DNA of 64,000 nt, taken from an uncultured Gemmatimonadales bacterium. Its GTDB lineage: Bacteria > Gemmatimonadota > Gemmatimonadetes > Longimicrobiales > RSA9. Below are positions 29,276 to 37,299 of the stretch, one piece after another. Location: NCBI GenBank assembly GCA_963798085.1, contig CAWCRS010000007.1, positions 992,001 through 1,056,000 on the forward strand. The letters are read 5' to 3'. A program made the translations under genes and the position numbers. Under the pieces are notes generated by a model. The model saw nothing but the letters and a program-made list of their open reading frames with translations. It was not told the origin of the DNA and ran no database searches. How positions within the stretch are numbered: the stretch's first letter is position 1; every line of letters starts with the position of its first letter.

Positions 29276-30976
29276 ATGACGGGTCGCGGGCTCGATCACC
29301 GTTTTTCCTTCGAGAACTTCGTCGTGGGTGGCGCAAACCGGCTGGCGGCCGCGGCGGCCCGCCGTGTGGCGGAAGCACCGGGCAAGGCCTATAACCCGCT
29401 GTTTGTGTACGGCGCATCCGGGCTGGGCAAGACGCACCTGCTGCTGGCAATTGGTAATCAGGCGTTACGCCGGCAGCCTGCGCTGCGCGTGGTGTTCGAG
29501 ACGGTGGAGCGGGCCGTGCATCAGATGGCGCCCGCGGCAGACGAAACCGGTGAAATCCGCACCGCACAGCTGCTGCTGCTGGATGACGTGCAGTACCTGA
29601 CCGGCGACCGGCGCGCACAGGAGACGCTGCTGATCTGGTGGGACGAGCTGGCGTCGCGCGGCGCGCAGATCGTACTGGCGGGCGACCGGCCACCGACCGA
29701 AATCGATCGCCTCGATCACCACCTGCTCTCGCGCTTCGCCGCCGGGCTGGTCGCGGACGTGGGGCCGCCCGATTACGAGACGCGCATTGCGCTGGTGCAG
29801 CGCAAGGTGGAAGAGCGCGGACACGCGCTGCAGCCCGGTGTGGCCGACGCCATCGCGCGGGTTGCCTTCTCCAACGTGCGCGAGCTGCAGGGTGGACTCA
29901 ACCGCGTGATCGCGGCGCAGGAACTGGACGGCAATCCGGTGCGGCCGGAGGACATTCCCGGCCTGCTGGGTGTGGCCGCGGCGAGAGCGGACAGCGAAGA
30001 GTTCGATTCGTTCTTCGAGGAAGTCGCGGGCGCGGTCGCGGAAATCGCGACGCGCGTGACGCCCGAACAGCGTCTGGTGGATGCGATCCTGCGTTATGAG
30101 GGCGAAGGCTATCGCACGTTCCGCCTGGAAGTCGCGCTGCGCACACCGCCGGGCGAGCGCGAAGTCGTGGAGCTGGTCGAGCGCTACACCGCCGATGTCG
30201 AACGATTGCAGGCAATCGCCGCGGAGATCCGCAGCCTCGATGGCGATGCGCCCGAGCTGGCAAGGGCCGACCTGCTGCGCAATCCGGATCGCGTGCTGGA
30301 AGCCGAGACACTGGTGGCGCAGGTGCACGAGCGGCTGCGCCCGCTGCCCGAGCCGACGCCCGGGCCCGGTCTCGACAGCCTGGGACTGGACGAGGAGAGT
30401 CCCGCGCTCGATGCCGTGCGTGCCGTGGCGCGCAGGCCGGGCGCGCGACCCGGCCCGCTGTACGTGCGCGGAGAGCCCGGCTCGGGCAAGAGCGCGCTGC
30501 TGCACGCACTGGCGCGTGAAGTCCGGCGCGAGCTGCCCATGCTGCCTATTGCCGTGCTCGGCGCGCAGCAGATGGCAGGGGAAATCGAGGCGGCGATCAA
30601 CGCCCGGCATGCGGATGCATGGCGGGCGCGCTACCGTCGGGCCCGCCTGCTGGTGATCGACGACTTCGATCGCATGCATGCTGACAGCGCTGTTCGCGAC
30701 GAGCTGTTTTGCCTGTTCGACGGTGTGCGCCGCAGCGGCGGGCAGATCGTGCTCGCGGGCGTGCGCGACCCTGCGGCGAATGGCGGGGCCGACCGCCTGG
30801 GCGGCCTGGTGGCCGAGTCGGATGTCGCGGACATGAAGCCGGCCAGCACGGGGCTGGACGGTGGCCGCGCGGGCGGCGAGCCGGCTGACCTGCGCGACGT
30901 GTGGTTCCTGAACCGCGAGAAGTCGCTGCCCCGCTGGCCGTACATCGAGGACTGGCTCGTGACGGAGCTGGACTAA
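29276..30976 (+). CDS. DnaA/Hda-family ATPase with two AAA+ modules and no DNA-binding domain IV
   Basis: FENFVVG.ANRLA...YNPLFVYGASGLGKTHLL, LLLDD, SRF, SNVREL; second module PLYVRGEPGSGKSALL...LLVIDD. Confidence 0.85.
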   Translation: MTGRGLDHRFSFENFVVGGANRLAAAAARRVAEAPGKAYNPLFVYGASGLGKTHLLLAIGNQALRRQPALRVVFETVERAVHQMAPAADETGEIRTAQLLLLDDVQYLTGDRRAQETLLIWWDELASRGAQIVLAGDRPPTEIDRLDHHLLSRFAAGLVADVGPPDYETRIALVQRKVEERGHALQPGVADAIARVAFSNVRELQGGLNRVIAAQELDGNPVRPEDIPGLLGVAAARADSEEFDSFFEEVAGAVAEIATRVTPEQRLVDAILRYEGEGYRTFRLEVALRTPPGEREVVELVERYTADVERLQAIAAEIRSLDGDAPELARADLLRNPDRVLEAETLVAQVHERLRPLPEPTPGPGLDSLGLDEESPALDAVRAVARRPGARPGPLYVRGEPGSGKSALLHALAREVRRELPMLPIAVLGAQQMAGEIEAAINARHADAWRARYRRARLLVIDDFDRMHADSAVRDELFCLFDGVRRSGGQIVLAGVRDPAANGGADRLGGLVAESDVADMKPASTGLDGGRAGGEPADLRDVWFLNREKSLPRWPYIEDWLVTELD

Positions 30977-30977
30977 G

Positions 30978-32600
30978 ATGGCTATCAAGGGCGCGCTGCG
31001 CGAAGCCAGCCTCGCCGAGGTCTGCCAGCTGCTGGCGCTCGGGCTGAAGACGGGATGCCTTTCCGTCGCAGACCGCTCGCGCTTCGGCCAGATCTACTTC
31101 GATCGCGGCAAGATCACGTTCGCACGCATCGTCAACCGCCGCGACCGCCTGGGCGATCTGCTGATCGCTGATGGTGTGCTCGAGCCCGACCAGCTGGAAG
31201 AGCTGCTCAGCATACAATCGCGACATCCGGAACGACGCCTCGGCGAGCTGATGCTGGAGCGCGACCTGATCCAGGAGCCGGATCTGCAACGCTACATCCG
31301 CATGCAGATCGAGGAAGCCGTGTGCCATCTGTTCACCTGGACGCGCGGACACTTCTACTTCGAGGCCGGCGAAAAGCCCGATCCGCGTGAGACGCCCGTG
31401 CCCATGAACGCGGAGAGCCTGCTGCTCGAAGCCGCACGGCGGGTCAATGAGTGGAGCCTCATCCAGAAACGCATTCCCTCGCTCGAGCTGGTGTTCGAAG
31501 TCGATCGCGATCGGCTGGCCGCATCCACCGCGCAGCTGACGGAAGAACAGCGCGCCGTCGCCGAGCTGCTCGATGGCCGGCGCTCCGTGCATGACCTGAT
31601 GCGCCAGACAGGCCTGGGCGAGTTCGACGCGGGTAAGGCGCTGTTCGGGCTGGTGCAGGCAGGCTTCGCACGGCGTACGGGTCGCCAGACGGAAGGTCCG
31701 GAACGGCCCCGCGAATCGGAGATCCAGGAGCGGCACAACCTGGGCGTCGCGTTCTTCCGCTCGGGCATGCTGGACGATGCGGCGAGGGAATTCCGCCGCG
31801 TGCTCGAGATCGCTTCCGATGATCTGCGTTCACGGTTTCACCTCGCCATGATCTCAATGCGACAGGGCGAGTTCCGCGACGCGGCCCGCGAGCTGGTGCA
31901 GCTGGCGAGGCGGCACGGGCCGCGCTACCCCGTGATGGTGAACCTGGCCACTTCGTTCCGCCACATGGACCGGCTCGATGATGCGCTGTTAGCCCTGAGC
32001 GAGGCCGAGAACGCGCAGGCTGGCACGCCCGTCGTGTCGCTGGCCCGCGCCGTGACCCTGGTCGATGCCCGCCGCCTCGGTGAAGCGCGCGCCGCGCTGC
32101 AGGAGTACCGGGTGCGGCTGGGTGAGGGCCAGAAGCCCGACGCGGCGTGGTTCTACTACAGCGCGCTCGTGGCGGCACTCACCGGCGACAGCGGCCGTGC
32201 GCAGGCGCTCTGCTGGGAAGGCCTCGAGGCGTGGCCCGACAGTGCGCCGCTGCTGCTGCTGGCAGGACTGGCGGCGGAACGACTGGGCAATGCCGACGGC
32301 GCCGAGCTGTTCTACCGGCGGGCCATCGAGGTCGAGCCTTCACTGGCACAGGCGCACAAGAATCTGGGCGACATCGCGTTCGCGCGGGGCACGTCCGAGG
32401 AAGCGCTGCGCCTCTATCAGCGTGTTGCGGAGCTGGCGCCGGACCTGGGCGATGACGTGTACGCACGGCTCGGCACGCTTTACTACCGCGCGCGCAATCG
32501 CGAAGCGGCGATACGCTCGTGGACGCGCGCCCTCGAGCTGAATGCCGGCAACAATGTGGTGCGCAACCAGCTGGAGGTGCTGCGTCATGCCGGAGCGTGA
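30978..32600 (+). CDS. DUF4388/PatA-N + MshEN-like + TPR protein (paralog of 25389-26519)
   Basis: IKGALREASLAEVCQLL..GLKTG; tandem RLGxLL motifs; LLLEAARRVNEW; TPR array. Confidence 0.85.
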   Translation: MAIKGALREASLAEVCQLLALGLKTGCLSVADRSRFGQIYFDRGKITFARIVNRRDRLGDLLIADGVLEPDQLEELLSIQSRHPERRLGELMLERDLIQEPDLQRYIRMQIEEAVCHLFTWTRGHFYFEAGEKPDPRETPVPMNAESLLLEAARRVNEWSLIQKRIPSLELVFEVDRDRLAASTAQLTEEQRAVAELLDGRRSVHDLMRQTGLGEFDAGKALFGLVQAGFARRTGRQTEGPERPRESEIQERHNLGVAFFRSGMLDDAAREFRRVLEIASDDLRSRFHLAMISMRQGEFRDAARELVQLARRHGPRYPVMVNLATSFRHMDRLDDALLALSEAENAQAGTPVVSLARAVTLVDARRLGEARAALQEYRVRLGEGQKPDAAWFYYSALVAALTGDSGRAQALCWEGLEAWPDSAPLLLLAGLAAERLGNADGAELFYRRAIEVEPSLAQAHKNLGDIAFARGTSEEALRLYQRVAELAPDLGDDVYARLGTLYYRARNREAAIRSWTRALELNAGNNVVRNQLEVLRHAGA

Positions 32601-33492
32601 ACACCGACCGCCTCCTGCGCGCGGAGAGACGCCAGCGGCGCCACCATCGCTGGTGCCGCCACCGGTGGACACCGGACGCAGCGAGCTGTCGCCGCGCGCG
32701 GCCGCCGAGCTGCGCAATCTGAAGCGACTGATCCAGGCGAAGGCCGGACTCTGCTGCGAAGGCTACAAGGAGCGCGTGCTGCGACGCCGCATTGCCGTGC
32801 GCATGCGGGCCCGCGCGACGCCTTCCTACGGCGCGTACGCGGCGCTGCTGCAGAAGGAGCCCGAAGAGTTTCAGCGGCTGGTCGACACCGTCACCATCAA
32901 TGTCAGCAAGTTCTTCCGCAACGCCAGCACCTGGGTGCTGCTGCGCGACCGCGTGCTGCCCGAGCTGTTCACGCTGGACGCACCGCGCGTGAACATCTGG
33001 AGCGCCGGCTCGGCAGCGGGCGAGGAAGCCTACTCCGTCGCCATGCTGCTGCTGCAGCACGCGGCCGAACACAATGTTGGCCTCGACGGCTTCCACATCC
33101 TCGCGACGGACATCGACGACGATTCACTGGAACAGGCGAAACGGGCCGAGTACCCTGCTTTCGCGTTCGGCGAGATGTCGGAGCAGACGCGTGCGCGCTG
33201 GTTCGAGGGGCCGAAGCGCGACAGGCTGAAGGCGGAGGTGAAGGCGCTCGTGCAGTTCGATCGGCTCGACCTGATGACGTCGGAGTTTCCCGCCGACCGC
33301 CACCTCATCCTCTGCCGCAACGTGCTGATCTACTTCGAGCGCGACATCCAGAAGCAGTTGTTCCGCCGCTTCCACGATGCGCTCGTGCCGCAGGGATACC
33401 TGCAGCTGGGAAAGGTCGAGACGCTGTTCGGTGCGCCGCCCGGATTGTTCGAGACGGTGTCGGCGCGCGAACGCCTGTTCCGCCGCACATGA
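32587..33492 (+). CDS. cheR: Protein-glutamate O-methyltransferase CheR
   Basis: TINVSKFFRN, IWSAG...GEEAYS, ILATDID and ILCRNVLIYF. Confidence 0.93.
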   Translation: MPEREHRPPPARGETPAAPPSLVPPPVDTGRSELSPRAAAELRNLKRLIQAKAGLCCEGYKERVLRRRIAVRMRARATPSYGAYAALLQKEPEEFQRLVDTVTINVSKFFRNASTWVLLRDRVLPELFTLDAPRVNIWSAGSAAGEEAYSVAMLLLQHAAEHNVGLDGFHILATDIDDDSLEQAKRAEYPAFAFGEMSEQTRARWFEGPKRDRLKAEVKALVQFDRLDLMTSEFPADRHLILCRNVLIYFERDIQKQLFRRFHDALVPQGYLQLGKVETLFGAPPGLFETVSARERLFRRT

Positions 33493-33977
33493 GCGTGCAC
33501 CGCGAGCCGGTCACCATCGGAGAGGCGAAGGTGGCGCGCGCAGACACCGTCCTCTACACACTGGGCATCGGCTCGTGCGTCGCCATTGTGTTGTACAATG
33601 GCGATCAGCGCATTGGCGGCCTGGCGCACGCGCTGCTGCCCGATCCGCGCTCGGGCCGCTCCCCGGCGCCAGCCGCACGCTTCGCCTCCACCGCTGTGGA
33701 CGCGCTCATTGCCATGATGCAGGAGACCGGCGCCAATGCACGCCGCCTGCGCGCCAAGCTGGCGGGCGGTGCATCCATGTTCGATACACTGCTCACCGAA
33801 GGCGGACGCCAGCTGGGCCTGCGCAATGTGGAAGCGGCGCGCTCGGCGCTGGCGCGCGCAGGCGTGCCCGTCGACGGCGAAGACACGGGCGGCACGCACG
33901 GCCGGTCCGTGTACCTGCACGTGGATGAAGGACGCGTCGTCGTCGCATCCGTGATGTTCCCTGATGTCATCCTCTGA
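33489..33977 (+). CDS. cheD: Chemoreceptor glutamine deamidase CheD
   Basis: LGIGSCVAIVLY (catalytic Cys), GLAHALLP (His), AKLAGGASMF, G.RN, EDTGG..GR. Confidence 0.93.
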   Translation: MSVHREPVTIGEAKVARADTVLYTLGIGSCVAIVLYNGDQRIGGLAHALLPDPRSGRSPAPAARFASTAVDALIAMMQETGANARRLRAKLAGGASMFDTLLTEGGRQLGLRNVEAARSALARAGVPVDGEDTGGTHGRSVYLHVDEGRVVVASVMFPDVIL

Positions 33978-35070
33978 GCCGGGCGCCGAGGCACCCACCA
34001 CCGTGCTCGTGGTGGAAGACGCGACCGCAGCGCGCGCCGAACTGCTGTCCATCATCCAGGCGGCCGACGGCTACAATGTCGTGGCCGAGGCGAGGTCCGG
34101 GTACGAGGCGATCCGCGCCATCCACGAACGCAACCCCGACATCGTCGTGCTGGGGCTGGGCGCCATGGACGTGCGCGGCATTGAAGTACTGGCCTACATT
34201 TCGGCGGAAGCACCGCGGCCGGTGGTGGTGCTGAGCGGGCACGCACAAATGCTCGCGGATCCCGCCCTCGCGACCGTGGATTTCGGTAACATCGAGTTTG
34301 TGGTGCGCCCCGCCGGCGATGGCCGCCTCGATGTGCTGCGCGGCAGACTGCTCACCGCCCTCGACGCCGCCGCCACGGCCCGCATTGGCGGATTGCGCAT
34401 GAACCGGGCGCGACGCGCGGCGGCGCGCGCCAGCCGCGCGGCGAGGCGGGCGGCACGCACGGGCGGCGATGAAGCCGGCACACCGGCGCAGTGCGTGATC
34501 GCGATTGCCGCATCCACAGGCGGGCCGCGCGCCCTGCTCCAGGTCATCCCGCAGATTCCCGGCGATCTGCCCGCGGCCGTGCTCATCGTGCAGCACATGC
34601 CCGCCATCTTCACCTCGTTCCTGGCGGAGCGCCTGAACCGCTCCAGCGCGCTGCGCGTGAAGCAGGCGACCGCGGGTGAGCTGCTCAAGGCGGGCGTGGC
34701 GTACCTCGCGCCCGGGGGCCTGCACATGGCGCTGCAACGCACCGCCGCCGGCATCTCGGTGCTGCTCGAAGACAGTGAGCCCGTGTGGGGACTGCGACCC
34801 GCCGCCAATGTCCTGTTCAGCTCCGTGGCGCGCCACTTCGGGCCGCGTACCGTGGGGGTCGTACTGACCGGCATGGGCAAGGATGGCAGCGCGGGACTGC
34901 GCGCCATCCACGACGTGGGCGGCTGGACAGCGGTGCAGGACGCCAGCACCGCCGTCGTTGCCAGCATGCCGCGCGCGGCCCGGCCCTTCGCCGGCGTGGA
35001 GCTGACCCTCGACCGCGTGGCCGCGGTGATCAGCGAACAGGCAGCGGCCCGCGCCCGGCCCACGCCGTGA
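33964..35070 (+). CDS. cheB: CheB methylesterase with a degenerate receiver domain
   Basis: IAASTGGP, VQHMP and LTGMGKDG triad intact; receiver phospho-Asp replaced by Gly. Confidence 0.92.
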   Translation: MSSSEPGAEAPTTVLVVEDATAARAELLSIIQAADGYNVVAEARSGYEAIRAIHERNPDIVVLGLGAMDVRGIEVLAYISAEAPRPVVVLSGHAQMLADPALATVDFGNIEFVVRPAGDGRLDVLRGRLLTALDAAATARIGGLRMNRARRAAARASRAARRAARTGGDEAGTPAQCVIAIAASTGGPRALLQVIPQIPGDLPAAVLIVQHMPAIFTSFLAERLNRSSALRVKQATAGELLKAGVAYLAPGGLHMALQRTAAGISVLLEDSEPVWGLRPAANVLFSSVARHFGPRTVGVVLTGMGKDGSAGLRAIHDVGGWTAVQDASTAVVASMPRAARPFAGVELTLDRVAAVISEQAAARARPTP

Positions 35071-36128
35071 GCGCGGCGAGCGTTCTGCTCGCCTGCACGC
35101 TCCTCGCGGCCGCCCCCGCCCGCTGCCCCGCGCGCGCGCCGCACAGGATCGCTGCAACATCGCTGCCATCGCGCTCAGCAGAAGCCCGGGCGCAACGGAA
35201 GACGCGGCAGCAGCCCGGCGCCTCGCTGCACAGCGGCCAGCTCAGCTTCCGCTGGTGGCCGGGAGGCGAGAAACTGGCGGAGGCCCTGGCGAACGCGGCC
35301 CGTAATATCGTGTTAGCGGCACTCCCGGCCGACATCCTCGAGCAGCCGCCCGCCATCACCATATTCCTGGCGCCCGACGAAGAGCGGTTCGACTCGCTGA
35401 CACAGGGTCAGGCGCCACACTGGGGCGCGGGTGTGGCGTTCCCCGAAAGCGGTGTTATCGTGCTGCCGGCCTACAGCTCCGCGCGCGCCGCACCGCACGA
35501 GCTGGCCGGCATCCTGCGCCACGAGCTGGCACACGTCGCACTGCAGCGCTACCTCGGCGGCGCACAGGTACCGCGCTGGTTCACCGAAGGCTACGCCGTG
35601 TTCAGCGCGGGACAGCTCGACGAAAGCGCCGGCTGGATCCTGCGCCTCGCCTTCCTCACCGGGCACGCGCCGCCCCTCGATTCGCTTTCGCTCGACTGGC
35701 CCTCGCGCACAACGGACGCGCGCGTCGCATACCTGCTCTCCGCCAGCGCCGTCTCCTGGCTGTACGGCAACGGCGGTGAGCGTGTGCTGCAGATCTTCCT
35801 GCAACGCTGGCGAGACGGCGGCAACTTCGAGCGCGCGCTTTTCGACACCTATGGGCTCGATCTCGGACACATGGAGAAATACTGGTCCGCCAGCGTCAGA
35901 CGACGCTACGGCTGGCTGCTCTTCGTCGCCCAGTCCGTCGTGCTGTGGGCGCTCACCGCCATGCTCGTGCTGTTCCTGTTCCTGCTGCGCCGCCGGCGCA
36001 ATCGCGCGCGCATGGCGAGACTCGAGGCGACCGAACTGCCCGATCGACCGGCATTCTGGGAGCCGGGCGGCGACCAGCTGGAACCCGGGCCGCAGCAGGA
36101 TCCGGGAGAGCCGCCCGCGTTGACGTGA
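35067..36128 (+). CDS. Peptidase MA-like zinc metalloprotein with a C-terminal TM anchor
   Basis: Signal-like N-terminus, LRHELAH (HEXXH) and PRWFTEG; TM helix followed by RRRR. Confidence 0.8.
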   Translation: MSAASVLLACTLLAAAPARCPARAPHRIAATSLPSRSAEARAQRKTRQQPGASLHSGQLSFRWWPGGEKLAEALANAARNIVLAALPADILEQPPAITIFLAPDEERFDSLTQGQAPHWGAGVAFPESGVIVLPAYSSARAAPHELAGILRHELAHVALQRYLGGAQVPRWFTEGYAVFSAGQLDESAGWILRLAFLTGHAPPLDSLSLDWPSRTTDARVAYLLSASAVSWLYGNGGERVLQIFLQRWRDGGNFERALFDTYGLDLGHMEKYWSASVRRRYGWLLFVAQSVVLWALTAMLVLFLFLLRRRRNRARMARLEATELPDRPAFWEPGGDQLEPGPQQDPGEPPALT

Positions 36129-36155
36129 TGACCGCCCGGCGTGATCTTGGATGCC

Positions 36156-36362
36156 ATGAGTCCGAAGACCAGCCGCACGGCGTCACCCGGTGACGCACCC
36201 AGTTCACTCAAGTTCTCCACCATCAACGGCGTGCTGCTGCTCGCCGGCGTGGGCGTCATTGCGGCCGGTTACAGCATGCTCAGCCACGGCTCCATTGTGG
36301 GTGCGCCCCTGCTGCTGGTGCTGGGGTACGCCGTGCTGATCCCGCTCGGCATCATCCTCTGA
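36156..36362 (+). CDS. Small two-TM membrane protein
   Basis: Two hydrophobic helices ending APLLLVLGYAVLIPLGIIL. Confidence 0.7.
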   Translation: MSPKTSRTASPGDAPSSLKFSTINGVLLLAGVGVIAAGYSMLSHGSIVGAPLLLVLGYAVLIPLGIIL

Positions 36363-36388
36363 GTCGCACAGGTCCCGGCCACATTTCG

Positions 36389-36463
36389 GGGCGCTTAGCT
36401 CAGCTGGTTCAGAGCGCCTGCCTTACAAGCAGGAGGTCAGTGGTTCGAATCCACTAGCGCCCA
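36389..36463 (+). tRNA. tRNA-Val(TAC)
   Basis: Acceptor stem GGGCGCT/AGCGCCC, D arm, anticodon arm CCTGC-CTTACAA-GCAGG, T loop GTTCGAATC; CCA not encoded. Confidence 0.96.
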
Positions 36464-36640
36464 TCCATCGGACCCGACCCAACCCGCAGTTAGCCAGTCC
36501 TCCGCGCGCAGGCTCGACGGGATTCTGGCACGCGCGCGGGGACACAGGCGCCAGACTGCCGAACTCCCTCACAGAACCGGCGTTTCCCGGCCGGCTCGCG
36601 TGTCAGGCAAGGCCCGGCGCGCAGGTCGGTGGCTTCCTTC

Positions 36641-36690
36641 TTGACGCGGCTGCGCACGGGTCTTATCCTGTGTTGAGAATGATTCTCAAC
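36641..36690 (+). promoter_or_regulatory. Sigma70 promoter with a Fur-box-like operator
   Basis: TTGACG (36641-36646), 17 bp, TATCCT (36664-36669), then perfect 9-1-9 palindrome GTTGAGAAT-G-ATTCTCAAC (36672-36690) upstream of an iron permease operon. Confidence 0.85.
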
Positions 36691-37299
36691 CTGGCCGGTC
36701 CAGCCCTGTCCACCCCGCCACTACGTGGACTGTGGACTGCACGAGGAGCCACGAACGGCCTGCTCGCAGCGACCCTCGCCCTGAGCGCGTGCGGCAACCA
36801 GGCAGCCGCCAACGGAGCGGCCGCGGATGCCTCGGCTGGTGCCGCGCCGTCCGAGGCCAGGACCAGTGCGGTGGCACCACCGGGAACAGGACTGATCCAG
36901 GGAACACCGGCCGGCGGGCTGGAGGACTGGACACGCGAGATCAAGGAAGGCACGCGCGCCCTGACCGCGCAGGCTACGACCAACGCCGCCGCCGCGCAGC
37001 GCAGGGCACTCGACCTTTACGTCGGGCGGCAGGAGTACATTGAGATGTACTGGGGCCCGCAGGGCCGGCTCAAAGCGGCGACGCCGGCGCTGGGAGCGTC
37101 GGTGCTGTCCGCGGAGACGGCGTTCCACGACCTGCTGCAGCTGCTCGCGTTTCCGCCCGTCGACACGATGAAGATGCGAACCTCCGTGGATACGCTGGCA
37201 CTGCGGATGGATCGCGTGCTGAGTGAAGCGAAGCAGGCCAACGTGCCGCTGATGCCGCCCGGCAATGAGCCGGCGCACGGAGCGAAAGAGCCGAAGTGA
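36679..37299 (+). CDS. Putative lipoprotein partner of the FTR1 permease
   Basis: Lipobox LALSAC; GTGA overlap with the FTR1 gene; shares a motif with the FTR1 N-terminal domain. Confidence 0.75.
   Translation: MILNLAGPALSTPPLRGLWTARGATNGLLAATLALSACGNQAAANGAAADASAGAAPSEARTSAVAPPGTGLIQGTPAGGLEDWTREIKEGTRALTAQATTNAAAAQRRALDLYVGRQEYIEMYWGPQGRLKAATPALGASVLSAETAFHDLLQLLAFPPVDTMKMRTSVDTLALRMDRVLSEAKQANVPLMPPGNEPAHGAKEPK

Noticed and set aside
29276..30976. True dnaA gene and replication origin
   Set aside because: No domain I or IV, no dnaN/recF/gyrB neighbours, and no intergenic DnaA boxes or AT-rich unwinding element
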